Positions 31,337-41,304 of a DNA stretch of 64,000 nt are shown here, one piece after another. Under the pieces are notes generated by a model that ran no database searches, had not been told where the DNA came from, and was given only the letters and a program-made list of their open reading frames with translations. The stretch comes from Candidatus Latescibacterota bacterium (GTDB taxonomy: Bacteria; Latescibacterota; UBA2968): assembly GCA_965208125.1 (NCBI GenBank), contig OZ242320.1:1632001-1696000 (forward strand). The letters run 5' to 3'. How positions within the stretch are numbered: position 1 is the stretch's first letter; each line of letters starts with the position of its first letter. A program made the position numbers and the translations under genes.

Positions 31337-32618
31337 GTGACTACTCCCAACGGTAGAGCAGTTGGGCTTCTTGGCGGTCAATCCGCCTGACGTTGTAGCC
31401 CCAACGTCAATATGTTTATCGCAGCATTGTGGTCTCTGTCCGTCTTATAGCCACACGCCTTGCAATGATGCACACGCTCAGAAAGTGCTTTCTTCTCTCT
31501 ATGTCCGCATGCAGAGCAATCTTGTGACGTATATTCAGGATCAACGGCCTTGAATCCAATACCAGCCTCTTCCGCTTTGTATTTGAGACAGTGCCGAAAC
31601 AGGGACCATGCTACGTCTGCTATTGATTTAGCCAATCGCTTGTTCTTTTGCATCTCTTTAACGTCCAATTTCTCTACGGCTATGAATCCGTGACGATTGA
31701 CCATTTTTCTTGATTCTTGATGAGCAAAGTTATGTCGTTTATTACGGATACGCTCATGCACTCTACCAATGACTTTACGACGCTTTTCTCTTACGGCGTC
31801 CGTCTTAGGTCTTTTTTTTACCGCGTCCCATTTGCGCTGTGCTCTCTTCAGAGACTTTTCCTCTTTGCGAAAGAATCGCTGATTCTCTATTTTCTGTCCG
31901 TCACTGGTCACAGCAAAGGAATTGAGACCCACATCAATGCCAACAGCAGAGTTAGTGTTTGGTTTCTTATCTTTTTCGCCAATATCGCAAGAGATAGATA
32001 CAAACCATTTGCCTGTTGCTGTGCGTGTGATTGTGCAAGACTTAGGGATACCTAAGAGTGACCTGTGCTGGACAATGCGAATGCAACCAATACTGCTCAA
32101 TCGCAAGCCCTTGTCGTCCAATCGGCATCCATTGGCAAACTGAGGATAGGTGATAGAATCATAGCGATTCTCATTCTTGTATCTGGGAAAGCCAGCTTTC
32201 TCGCCTGTCTCTGACTTCTCTTTGAGACGCCGAAAGAATCCTTTGAATGCCAAATCTACTCTTGCTGACACTTGTTGCAACACTTGACTATATACTTGCT
32301 TGAAAGCGGCGTGTTGTTGTTTTAACAATGGTATTGTTTTGGTCTGGTCATATTGCGAGAGAGACTTATTCTCATTTTTCCATGCTTGTATTCTGGCACA
32401 GAGTAGTTGATTATAGAGAATACGACATTCGTCAATATGCGCCAGCAAGATTTGTTCTTGCTTTTTGGTCGGACGCAATCTGTATTTTAATGACTTAACC
32501 ATAATAAAAATATATACTTATATGCATTTTTTGTCAAGATTTTTATCGCTAAAGCAATACCAAAATCACAAGCCCTCATATCCCAACGCTAAAGCTGTTG
32601 GGTTTTACGGGCTGTTTG
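31337..32618 (-). mobile_element. IS200/IS605-family element, TnpB-only (IS1341-type), 1282 bp
   Basis: Related subterminal hairpins CCCAAC...GTTGGG at both ends. Minus-strand left flank is TTAT and the right end is TCAC. No target duplication; removing the element restores the gene C copy. Confidence 0.9.
31378..32502 (-). CDS. tnpB: RNA-guided endonuclease TnpB
   Basis: KYRLRP HTH, GFPRYK, RuvC D (GIDVG), E (VEKL), D (DRDHNAA), CxxC..CxxC zinc ribbon. Confidence 0.97.
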   Translation of the reverse strand: MVKSLKYRLRPTKKQEQILLAHIDECRILYNQLLCARIQAWKNENKSLSQYDQTKTIPLLKQQHAAFKQVYSQVLQQVSARVDLAFKGFFRRLKEKSETGEKAGFPRYKNENRYDSITYPQFANGCRLDDKGLRLSSIGCIRIVQHRSLLGIPKSCTITRTATGKWFVSISCDIGEKDKKPNTNSAVGIDVGLNSFAVTSDGQKIENQRFFRKEEKSLKRAQRKWDAVKKRPKTDAVREKRRKVIGRVHERIRNKRHNFAHQESRKMVNRHGFIAVEKLDVKEMQKNKRLAKSIADVAWSLFRHCLKYKAEEAGIGFKAVDPEYTSQDCSACGHREKKALSERVHHCKACGYKTDRDHNAAINILTLGLQRQAD

Positions 32619-32624
32619 ATAAGG

Positions 32625-32653
32625 TTGCGTAAAATTGCAACATTTGCTATAAT
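32625..32653 (+). promoter_or_regulatory. Sigma70-type promoter of the VapBC pair
   Basis: TTGCGT-17 nt-TATAAT with TG extension. Confidence 0.6.
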
Positions 32654-32689
32654 TTATTGCTTCCATGACATCATTAAAGGATTTTAGCC

Positions 32690-32944
32690 ATGAATAAAAT
32701 GATAAAAACAAAAGTAACAGCGCAAGGCGTTTTGATCCCTCGGCAGTTGTTAGAAGGAATTGAGGAAGTTGAAATAAAAAAAGAAAATGATGTGATTACA
32801 ATTATGCCGACGGGACAGATGAACGCCTGCGGTAGTAGTACACAGCTTGATCCCATTTGGAATCTGGGTGAAAATCCAGTCGAATGTGGTATTTCAGATG
32901 CTTCCGAACAGCATGACAAATATTTGTATGACACATCTTCATGA
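32690..32944 (+). CDS. AbrB-like (VapB) antitoxin
   Basis: QGVLIP AbrB-type strand; DASEQHDKYLY tail typical of VapB; ATGA overlap. Confidence 0.8.
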   Translation: MNKMIKTKVTAQGVLIPRQLLEGIEEVEIKKENDVITIMPTGQMNACGSSTQLDPIWNLGENPVECGISDASEQHDKYLYDTSS

Positions 32945-33354
32945 ACACAAATATATTCTTTCTTGATACAGGTTATCTCATTGCCCTTGAAGCTTCTAAC
33001 GACAAAAATCATACACGCGCAAAAAATCATTGGCGAACTTTTATTCGCACACGCCCGTCTTTAGTGACCACCTCCTTTGTTTTCGATGAGGTGGTCACTT
33101 TTTTTAATAGTCGAAATCGACACGAAAAGGCCGTTGAAGTTGGCTCGCACCTCTTGAATAGTCCTTCTGTTCAGCTAATCCAGGTGGATGACGCCCTTTT
33201 TCGCAAAGGTTGGGAATATTTCGAGCAACATTCAGATAAGCTCTACTCTTTGACAGATTGCATTTCATTTGTTGTTATGCAGCAACGGAAAATTCAGACT
33301 GCCCTAACTTTTGATAGGCATTTTACGCAAGCCAATTTTTTGACCATTCCCTAA
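32941..33354 (+). CDS. vapC: PIN-domain VapC toxin
   Basis: FLDT, DE, SLTDCISF, TFDRHF. Confidence 0.92.
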   Translation: MNTNIFFLDTGYLIALEASNDKNHTRAKNHWRTFIRTRPSLVTTSFVFDEVVTFFNSRNRHEKAVEVGSHLLNSPSVQLIQVDDALFRKGWEYFEQHSDKLYSLTDCISFVVMQQRKIQTALTFDRHFTQANFLTIP

Positions 33355-33356
33355 AT

Positions 33357-33406
33357 CTCCTGAAAGTGGCATACTACAGGCGTATATGGTGCGCGGTTGG
33401 CTTTGA
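33357..33406 (+). repeat. Copy of the 3' end of gene A (28084-28135) including a stop codon
   Basis: 26-nt identical core TACAGGCGTATATGGTGCGCGGTTGG. Confidence 0.9.
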
Positions 33407-33416
33407 GTAGGACTAA

Positions 33417-33587
33417 GCGGCCACCGTACAAACACTCGCCCTGCTATACGAAGCATTGCCCCGGCGATTCACAACATCGCACCCGTGGCGATTCGGATGG
33501 AGCAACAGGGCGTTCTGGCAATGCCGCGTGATCAAAAAAGCATTGACCGCATTGCCACACACCAGCACAGGAGCACATCAACCATGA
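33417..33587 (+). repeat. Direct repeat copy 2, probable original 3' end of gene B
   Basis: 116/120 nt identity to 30922-31041; its frame ends in TGA overlapping the ATG of gene C. Confidence 0.9.
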
Positions 33588-34708
33588 AAATCACCGATGT
33601 AGAAACCATCGTAATCAAAAACATCCAGCCCTATCGCGGGGGGCGATACTGGCTCTTTGTCCAGCTCATCACAGACGAAGGCATCGTGGGATTAGGCGAG
33701 CGCCCCTCGGGAAATGCCACCAATCTGGACGCCCAAATCAGCCTCATCAAAAACCTGTGTCAGCAATTCGCCATTGGCACAAGCCCCTTTGACATCGAAA
33801 GCCTGTGGCAGCGCATCTTTGCGTCCCGGCACGACTACCGACACCCCGGCCTCGACGCAACACCCGCCTTGAGCGCCATTGAAATGGCGTGTTGGGACAT
33901 CGTCGGCAGAGCACTGAACCAGCCCATCTACAACCTGCTCGGCGGCAGGGTCCACGACAAACTCAGGGCTTATGCCTATATGCCGACCGACGGCATCTGG
34001 GAAAATCCAGAACGCGCTGGCGAAATCGCAACCCGTCTGGTCGCGAATGGAAACACCGCCTGCAAATTCGACCCCTTCCACCCCATCTTTCCCCACCCGC
34101 GCGACTTCCCACTCAAAACCATCCGCCACGTCGCCAAAATATTCAAAAGCATCCGGGACGCAGTCGGCGACGAATTGGAAATCGGCATCGGCACCCACGG
34201 ACAATTCAGCACATCTGGCGCAATCCGCGTGGCAAAAGAACTGGAAGAATTCAGCCCCTTCTGGTTCGAAGAACCCGTCCCCCCGGAAAACATCGACGAA
34301 ATGGCCCGCGTCGCCGCTCATACCAGCATCCCAATAGCCACGGGCGAACGACTCGTCACCAAATACGAATTTGCCGAACTCCTGAAAAAACAGGCCGCGC
34401 AAATCCTCCAATTAGACGTGGGACAATGTGGCGGAATATTGGAATCTAAAAAAATCGCCAGCATGGCCGAAGCCCACTACGCCCTCATCGCGCCCCACAT
34501 GTATTGCGGTCCCGTCGCCGCAGCAGCCGCAGTGCAACTCGACACCTGCTCGCCGAACTTTCTGATCCAGGAATTCAACGCCAACGACCTCCACAGCGAA
34601 ATATTCGTAGAACCAATCCAATTTGAAAGCGGCTATATCACCCCACCGATAGGACCTGGTCTGGGGATTGAACTCGACGAATCAGTCGTCGCCAAACACC
34701 GTGTGTAA
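33584..34708 (+). CDS. Mandelate racemase/muconate lactonizing enzyme family protein (gene C below)
   Basis: MKITDVE, SAIEMACWD, KFDP, GTHGQ, FEEP, TGER, GPGLG; GGAG RBS. Confidence 0.92.
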   Translation: MKITDVETIVIKNIQPYRGGRYWLFVQLITDEGIVGLGERPSGNATNLDAQISLIKNLCQQFAIGTSPFDIESLWQRIFASRHDYRHPGLDATPALSAIEMACWDIVGRALNQPIYNLLGGRVHDKLRAYAYMPTDGIWENPERAGEIATRLVANGNTACKFDPFHPIFPHPRDFPLKTIRHVAKIFKSIRDAVGDELEIGIGTHGQFSTSGAIRVAKELEEFSPFWFEEPVPPENIDEMARVAAHTSIPIATGERLVTKYEFAELLKKQAAQILQLDVGQCGGILESKKIASMAEAHYALIAPHMYCGPVAAAAAVQLDTCSPNFLIQEFNANDLHSEIFVEPIQFESGYITPPIGPGLGIELDESVVAKHRV

Positions 34709-34722
34709 GGTTGCGTAAAAGC

Positions 34723-34756
34723 AAACGCCCCAGCATAGTTTTGCCGGGGCGTTTTT
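34723..34756 (+). terminator. Intrinsic terminator
   Basis: AAACGCCCC...GGGGCGTTTTT. Confidence 0.7.
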
Positions 34757-34787
34757 GTGTGCCAGGTAAACCAATTCTCAAACCCGT

Positions 34788-36584
34788 TCACCGAAACGCG
34801 ATGCGATAAGTCAACGTATTTTCAGCATCAATGCGAGCCATCACAACCTGGCGGTTGCCGGACTTGAAACCGGTATCGGATAAAGTGAGCGCGTTTTCGG
34901 TCTCAATACAGAGAGAAACATCACCACGCGGGAGAACCGCCCCGTTCTCTATTCTGTCCATATCCCCTTTCAGAAGCGGGAGAACCTCAGTAAATGCGCC
35001 GGGGTAGTGGACAGAAACAGTAATCGCATCGCTGGCAAAAAGAACCGTCTTGCTGCCGGTTTCGCCGAGGGAATAGGTGATCTCGAGATCGCCACTGGGC
35101 AGACCGCGGATACCGGGTCGCGGTATGACCGGAACCCCATCAATCCGAAAAGCAGCAGCAATATCGGCCTTTTCGCAGAGAGTATGATTGACAACCGTCC
35201 CCCAGGCTGCATGATCTGTATCCGTTTGAGACTGCAGAACAGCACCAGCGCGAGGATGCCAGAGCAACCCCAGCCCATACCGCTGTTGAGCACTCAGCAC
35301 AGGCCCCGTATTAAAAGCTGCGTAATAAGTTGGACGACGGACAAACGTAAAAACCACCGGGTGGCGGCTATCAACCCGCTGGTGTGTAAAGTGGTCTCGT
35401 GCGATATAGGGCAACATCGCAGTGGCCGCTTTTTTTTGATCCAGCGAGGGATACCATGTAATGTGATCCCGATGCAAAAACGCATAAGGCGTAAAAGCCC
35501 AAAATTCACCGACCTGGAGCGGCGCAACAGTCGGCCAATTGGCTTCAAGACGAGCGCGCGCATCTGCAATATCCCGTGCATGTGCTTCAGCCGTGCGCCC
35601 ATAAGCGCGGGGCAACTCGAGTACTTCACCGAGCGCAGTCGTGTCAATATCCCCAGAATTAGACCTCTCGGCACCGCCGAGATTGGCGCGATACTCAGTG
35701 AGAAAAGCTCTCTGCTGGCGGGTTTCAATACCGCGGTTGAGTGCGTAACCCGTGCCATCGGGTTCGCGCACCGCATTGTAGGAAAACCAATCGTACCAGC
35801 GCCGTTCTTTTTCCAGAAAAATGGACGCCCGATCCGTGCCGCGAGCATAGTGATACGCAACGTGGATATCGCTGTGGTGAGTCCCCAGAAAATAGCCCCA
35901 ATCGGGCCCGCTGCGCTCGTAAAAATAACCCGCTGGACTCTGAAATTCCGTCAAACTCTCTTCGAGACGCTGGTCGAGCAAATGCTCGAGTTCTGCATCG
36001 GGAAAGAGATCCAGATACGCCAGCGCACCACCCCAGGCATTGGCGTACTGATTGGTAAAGTTGCGACCGTGGGTTTGCAATTCGTCCAGAGTAAAAGTGG
36101 CATAGAGCGCTTTGCGGTCAGCAGCGATAACGCGCGCGTGCAGAGCTGAATCAATGGCCGGACCGCTGTCGAGTAAATGGAGGGTTTGCCCCATAAATTT
36201 TGTGGCAAAAGCAGTGGCGGCGAGATTCCAATTGCCGGGACCGTACTCGCTAAAACGCCCATCCCCATTTTGAATGCCACACCAGAAATCAAGAGCAGCC
36301 TCAAGACGCTGGCGCAGGTCGGGTTGTGCGTAAAACACATTCCACGGGCGGTCAGTGCAAAAAAAGAAAGCCAGCGAGAGAATATTTTCCATAATACGCG
36401 CATTGTGCGGTTTGTTGTCCTTCGGATTTCGCCAGACCGAAATATTGATAAAGCCGCGATCGGGGCCGTCCATTTCAACCGCATTGACAACGCGGTGAAA
36501 ATGCGACAAATAATAAGGCAAATCGAGTTCGCTATCGGCAAAGTCAGTTGGTGAAAAATCAGCAATCGGCGCGGGATTAAGCAT
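34788..36584 (-). CDS. Hypothetical protein (helical N-terminal, beta-rich C-terminal)
   Basis: 598-aa ORF with AAGGAG RBS; no family recognised. Confidence 0.7.
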   Translation of the reverse strand: MLNPAPIADFSPTDFADSELDLPYYLSHFHRVVNAVEMDGPDRGFINISVWRNPKDNKPHNARIMENILSLAFFFCTDRPWNVFYAQPDLRQRLEAALDFWCGIQNGDGRFSEYGPGNWNLAATAFATKFMGQTLHLLDSGPAIDSALHARVIAADRKALYATFTLDELQTHGRNFTNQYANAWGGALAYLDLFPDAELEHLLDQRLEESLTEFQSPAGYFYERSGPDWGYFLGTHHSDIHVAYHYARGTDRASIFLEKERRWYDWFSYNAVREPDGTGYALNRGIETRQQRAFLTEYRANLGGAERSNSGDIDTTALGEVLELPRAYGRTAEAHARDIADARARLEANWPTVAPLQVGEFWAFTPYAFLHRDHITWYPSLDQKKAATAMLPYIARDHFTHQRVDSRHPVVFTFVRRPTYYAAFNTGPVLSAQQRYGLGLLWHPRAGAVLQSQTDTDHAAWGTVVNHTLCEKADIAAAFRIDGVPVIPRPGIRGLPSGDLEITYSLGETGSKTVLFASDAITVSVHYPGAFTEVLPLLKGDMDRIENGAVLPRGDVSLCIETENALTLSDTGFKSGNRQVVMARIDAENTLTYRIAFR

Positions 36585-36637
36585 GAATCAACTCCTTTGG
36601 GCAATGATTCGTCGAAGAGAGGAAACCATTAAAAAAT

Positions 36638-36671
36638 AAAAAAGCGGTGATCCGAAGACCACCGCTTTTTT
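36638..36671. terminator. Bidirectional intrinsic terminator
   Basis: AAAAAAGCGGTG...CACCGCTTTTTT. Confidence 0.8.
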
Positions 36672-36687
36672 GCGTTTAGATGAACAC

Positions 36688-37806
36688 TTACTTATTGCGA
36701 TGTAAAATCTGCCACAAACGCCCGAATTCGCGTTGCAAATAACTCATGTGTTGATAAACCGCTGCATCTTCTGGCTCTATCAGAGGTGCTGGACGCAAAG
36801 CGACCAGAGCAGCGCTATCCATCTGATCCAGCTCGACCTGTATCGCCACCACCTGTCCCTCGCGTCGAATACCTATCGTTGCGGTCTCGCCCGGTGTACT
36901 TTCCAGCACCATCCGCTTCAAATGCACCGGACCAGCAATGGCACGTCCGCGATATGAAAGCACCACATCGCCCGGCCGAATCCCGCCCTCAGTTGCGGGA
37001 CTATTGGCCTGCACATTGACCACCACCACCTCGTTGTCCCGTGGTGCAACCTCCACACCCAATTTGCCATACGCCACCTGCCCATGTGCGACCAATGCAC
37101 GCGCCACCCGCATCGCGCGATTGATCGGAATGACAAAAACTGACGACGGCATGGAACCCCAGCCAAATAGCGGGCTATTGTCTTGTGCAACGGCGCGAAC
37201 CGGGTCTTCATAGCGCCACACCATACCCCCAACCCGTCCATTGCTGCAAAACACAGGTGCCCCGCCATAACTGCTCTGCACGCGGGCCGACACCTGAAAC
37301 AAATCCGTATCCCGGTAAATTTCATGCACCATCCCAACAGAAGGCACCAGATTGCCAAAGTCATTCCCCAACAAAAGGGCGTAATGCCCAATTTTAATAT
37401 GCTGTGAATCTCCCACCACAACCGTGGGCAAATTTTCTGCCTCAACGCGAATAACAGCAATCCCCGAAATCGGATCTACCCCTACAAGCGCAGCTCGCAC
37501 CTGCACGCCAGAAGCGAGCGTCACCCGAATCTCATCGGCATCTGCAATAGCGGCTTCAATCGTTAAAATATAACCCTGGGGATCAAAAATAAACCCCGTA
37601 CCGTGGGTAAACACCGAACCAAACGGCCCGCTATCTGCCCGCGCACGGGGGGGATACAGCGTGTGAATCCGCACCACACTCTGCCGATTATCTTCCAAAA
37701 TTGCCGCAATTTCCTCTTCAAGCGCGCACAATAGGCTGCGTTCTTCCGTCCATCCCTTGCCCCCAACAAGCAGGCAAAACACCATTGCGCAACACAAAGA
37801 TCTCAT
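36688..37806 (-). CDS. HtrA/DegP-like trypsin plus PDZ protein, probably catalytically inactive
   Basis: Signal peptide, GTGFIFD..GYILT, FVIPIN, SPA..GG..GDV PDZ motif; triad motifs substituted. Confidence 0.8.
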   Translation of the reverse strand: MRSLCCAMVFCLLVGGKGWTEERSLLCALEEEIAAILEDNRQSVVRIHTLYPPRARADSGPFGSVFTHGTGFIFDPQGYILTIEAAIADADEIRVTLASGVQVRAALVGVDPISGIAVIRVEAENLPTVVVGDSQHIKIGHYALLLGNDFGNLVPSVGMVHEIYRDTDLFQVSARVQSSYGGAPVFCSNGRVGGMVWRYEDPVRAVAQDNSPLFGWGSMPSSVFVIPINRAMRVARALVAHGQVAYGKLGVEVAPRDNEVVVVNVQANSPATEGGIRPGDVVLSYRGRAIAGPVHLKRMVLESTPGETATIGIRREGQVVAIQVELDQMDSAALVALRPAPLIEPEDAAVYQHMSYLQREFGRLWQILHRNK

Positions 37807-37838
37807 GATCCCGCCTCTCTCCACTTGTCGAGTCAACG

Positions 37839-38432
37839 TCAAAATGAATACGAAACGGGAACCTGTTTCACGCGGCGCAGATCGCGCATATCCGATGGCC
37901 GCTGCTTCAACTGCAATGCGGAATCCACACGCGCCGAGTCCCGATAATGACGAGAATCCAGACTATAAGACTCCTTGGACAAACGCTCCAATTCCAGAGC
38001 ACCTACATCAACATTTGGCAATCTCTCGCCTGGCATCAGTGGAATTTCCCGCTCCACTGCCACTTGCGGGATAGGTGTTGTATCGCTATAGAAAACCATC
38101 TGGGTCAACCCCAGACCGATCACCACAGCCGCAGCCAGCGTTGTAATAGTCCGCGAGATAGAAGAGAACATTGTGCGCCGCGCTTTGTGTAAAAGCTGTT
38201 TTTCTTTTGCCATAGCCATAGCCAAATGGCTACGCAGGGTAAAATCAAACTCAGCCGATGGTCGAACCCGTGGCAATTGCGCCATACGCTCTTTCAAGGC
38301 TTGCACATCGGCTAACAAAACGCGACAATGCTCGCACTCGGCAGCTTTGCGCTCCATTTCTGCCATTTCAACCGGACTCATTTCACCATCTACATAAGCC
38401 GAAACTCGCGCTTCAAAATCAGTAACGGTCAT
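37839..38432 (-). CDS. Anti-sigma factor (zf-HC2-like, single TM)
   Basis: SAYVDGEM...ECEHC, TM helix, directly downstream of the ECF sigma. Confidence 0.85.
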   Translation of the reverse strand: MTVTDFEARVSAYVDGEMSPVEMAEMERKAAECEHCRVLLADVQALKERMAQLPRVRPSAEFDFTLRSHLAMAMAKEKQLLHKARRTMFSSISRTITTLAAAVVIGLGLTQMVFYSDTTPIPQVAVEREIPLMPGERLPNVDVGALELERLSKESYSLDSRHYRDSARVDSALQLKQRPSDMRDLRRVKQVPVSYSF

Positions 38433-38470
38433 GTCTATATTTAACCTCCGAGCAGGGTTTCCACGATATC

Positions 38471-39082
38471 TTAGACATTCAGGCCCACATCCCGACCTTC
38501 ATTTTTCAATTTTTGTTGTAATTTTAAGCGCCCGCGATTGACGCGCGATTTCACCGTCCCAACCGGACACTTCACAATTTCAGAAATTTCATAATACGAC
38601 ATACCTTCCACATCGCGCAACAAAATCACCTGACGGTAATTATCGGGCAGGGAAGCAATAGCACTCTGAATCTCCACATCGGCCAGAGAAGATTCCGCCA
38701 TGCGATCGGGACGCATAGATTCATCGGGCAAATCCATGCCCGTATCTGACTCCTCATCTCGATCCAGTGAAAACAACCGCCATCGCTTGCGCCTTCTCAG
38801 TTCACTTTTAGCCAAATTTCCGGCAATCGTAAACAGCCATGTAGAAAAATTGGCAATTGCACGATATTCCTCGCGCTTTCCAAACGCACGCAAAAACGCC
38901 TCTTGTACGATATCTTCTGCTGTTTCCCGATCGCCCACAAAGCGAAAAACAAAATTGTACAACCGCCCTTGATAGCGCCGCACAATTTTTCCATAAGCAT
39001 CAATATCTCCAGCGGATACCTCAGCTAAAATATCTATATCTGATTGTTCGCTCAGTCCATATCTCGAATTTGCCATAAGCAT
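38471..39082 (-). CDS. ECF RNA polymerase sigma factor (RpoE/SigW-like)
   Basis: [29 protein letters not shown]. Confidence 0.95.
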   Translation of the reverse strand: MLMANSRYGLSEQSDIDILAEVSAGDIDAYGKIVRRYQGRLYNFVFRFVGDRETAEDIVQEAFLRAFGKREEYRAIANFSTWLFTIAGNLAKSELRRRKRWRLFSLDRDEESDTGMDLPDESMRPDRMAESSLADVEIQSAIASLPDNYRQVILLRDVEGMSYYEISEIVKCPVGTVKSRVNRGRLKLQQKLKNEGRDVGLNV

Positions 39083-39288
39083 GGAATCCCTCCCCTTCGG
39101 GCATGTATTCCCCTCCCTTCCCAAAGCTTTACATCCTCAATCCTACTATTAAACCCTTCACACGCCCTCAGGGTTCCCAAAAATACGCGCCGCCTGTTTT
39201 TCCGCATTGCGCCTTCATCAATCCCGTCTTATATTCAACATCCCCAAATCCTAAAATGACGACATTCATAAGAAAGCGAGGAACCCCG

Positions 39289-41283
39289 ATGGCAGCAAAT
39301 CAGGTGGTCGAACAAAACGGACAATACATCCCACCGGAAAATCTCAGCACCAATGCACATGTCCCCAGCATAGATGCCTATGGGAAACAATACGAAAAAT
39401 CGATTGCCGATCCCGAAGCATTCTGGGCAGAAATCGCCAATACATTTCACTGGTACAAAAAATGGGACACCGTGCGGTCCTACAACTACAATATAGATAA
39501 CGGACCAATCTCTATCAAGTGGTTTGAAGGAGCCAAAACCAACATCACGCACAACTGCATCGACCGTCACCTCGCGTCTCGAGGAGATCAAATCGCCATC
39601 TTATGGGAAGGCAATGAGCCGGGTGAAGACGCCAAACTCACCTATAGTGAACTGCACGAACAAGTCTGCAAATTTGCCAATGTACTCAAATCCCGAGGCG
39701 TAAAAAAAGGCGACTGCGTCTCCATCTACATGCCCATGATTCCCGAACTCGCCATTGCCATGCTGGCCTGCGCACGCATCGGCGCCGTCCACTCCATCGT
39801 CTTTGGCGGCTTCTCCGCCGAAGCACTGGCAGACCGCATCGTCGATTCCGCCTGTCAGATCGTACTCACCACAGATGGCATGTTCCGCGGCGACCGCCCC
39901 ATGGAACGCAAGCAACCCGCCGACGAAGCCATTGCACTGGCCAACTCGCGCATGGGGAACACCAGCGTTCACACCTGCATCGTCGTCCAGCGCGTGGGCG
40001 AAGACAGTGGCATCGCATGCCCCATGCGTGAAGGACGCGACTTATGGTGGCACGAAGCCATGTCAGAAGCGGATGCCGACTGTCCATGCGAAGAAATGGA
40101 CGCCGAAGACCCCCTCTTCATCCTCTACACATCTGGCTCCACGGGCAAACCCAAAGGCGTGCAGCACAACGTGGGTGGCTACATGGTGTACACGGGTTAC
40201 ACGCACAAAAACGTCTTTGACTATCAAGAAGGCGACATTTACTTTTGCGCCGCTGACATAGGCTGGGTCACAGGCCACTCCTACATCATCTACGGCCCCC
40301 TATCAAATGCCGCCACCACCATTATGTTTGAAAGCACACCTGTATATCCCGATCCAGGCCGATATTGGCAGGTCATCGACAAATACAAAGTCAACCAATT
40401 CTACACCGCGCCCACAGCCATACGCGCCCTCACCCGAGAAGGCGACGAATGGCCCGCCAAATACGACCTGTCATCCCTCAAAATACTCGGCACCGTAGGC
40501 GAACCCATCAATCCCGAAGCCTGGCAATGGTATCACCGCAATGTCGGGCGCGAGCGGTGTCCCATCGTAGATACCTGGTGGCAAACCGAAACCGGGGGCA
40601 TCCTTATCAGCCCCCTGCCCGGCGCAACCCCCACCAAACCCGGATCGGCGACCTTTCCCCTCTACGGCATCAAACCCGTCGTCCTCGAACCCGAATCGGG
40701 CAAAATCGTCGAAGGCAATGGCGTCGATGGCGTACTCGCCATCGCAGAACCCTGGCCGGGACAAATGCGCACCGTCTATGGCGATCACAAACGCTTTGAA
40801 GAAACCTACTTTCAGCAATACAAAGGCTTCTACTTCACCGGTGACGGCTGCCGCCGCGACGAAGACGGCTACTATTGGATCACCGGCCGCGTAGATGACG
40901 TCATCAACATCTCGGGCCACCGCATGGGCACCGCCGAAGTCGAAAGCGCCCTGGTCTCACACGGAAAAGTGGCCGAAGCCGCCGTGGTCGGTTTCCCGCA
41001 CGAAATCAAAGGACAGGGCATCTATGCCTACGTCACCCTCAATGTGGGCGAAGCCTATACCGACGACCTCAAAGCCGAACTCGTCCAACAAGTCCGCACC
41101 GAAATCGGCCCCATCGCCACCCCAGACGTAATCCACTGGGCACCGGGCTTGCCCAAAACGCGATCGGGCAAAATCATGCGCCGCATCCTGCGCAAAATCG
41201 CCGAAGACGACACCTCGGACCTCGGCGACACCTCCACCCTCGCCGACCCAACCGTCGTTGACGACCTCCTCGCCAACCGGTAG
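39289..41283 (+). CDS. acs: Acetyl-CoA synthetase
   Basis: [32 protein letters not shown]; start MAANQ at 39289. Confidence 0.97.
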   Translation: MAANQVVEQNGQYIPPENLSTNAHVPSIDAYGKQYEKSIADPEAFWAEIANTFHWYKKWDTVRSYNYNIDNGPISIKWFEGAKTNITHNCIDRHLASRGDQIAILWEGNEPGEDAKLTYSELHEQVCKFANVLKSRGVKKGDCVSIYMPMIPELAIAMLACARIGAVHSIVFGGFSAEALADRIVDSACQIVLTTDGMFRGDRPMERKQPADEAIALANSRMGNTSVHTCIVVQRVGEDSGIACPMREGRDLWWHEAMSEADADCPCEEMDAEDPLFILYTSGSTGKPKGVQHNVGGYMVYTGYTHKNVFDYQEGDIYFCAADIGWVTGHSYIIYGPLSNAATTIMFESTPVYPDPGRYWQVIDKYKVNQFYTAPTAIRALTREGDEWPAKYDLSSLKILGTVGEPINPEAWQWYHRNVGRERCPIVDTWWQTETGGILISPLPGATPTKPGSATFPLYGIKPVVLEPESGKIVEGNGVDGVLAIAEPWPGQMRTVYGDHKRFEETYFQQYKGFYFTGDGCRRDEDGYYWITGRVDDVINISGHRMGTAEVESALVSHGKVAEAAVVGFPHEIKGQGIYAYVTLNVGEAYTDDLKAELVQQVRTEIGPIATPDVIHWAPGLPKTRSGKIMRRILRKIAEDDTSDLGDTSTLADPTVVDDLLANR

Positions 41284-41304
41284 GAACAAAAAAGGCGGTG
41301 TGAG

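Noticed and set aside
30922-33536. The 120-bp repeat pair as a DGR template/variable repeat
   Set aside because: Only four mismatches, one not at adenine; no reverse transcriptase; the target is not a recognisable C-type lectin or Ig fold.
33485-33583. N-terminal extension of gene C in the ORF track
   Set aside because: It is an off-frame reading of the duplicated gene B end; the RBS supports ATG 33584.
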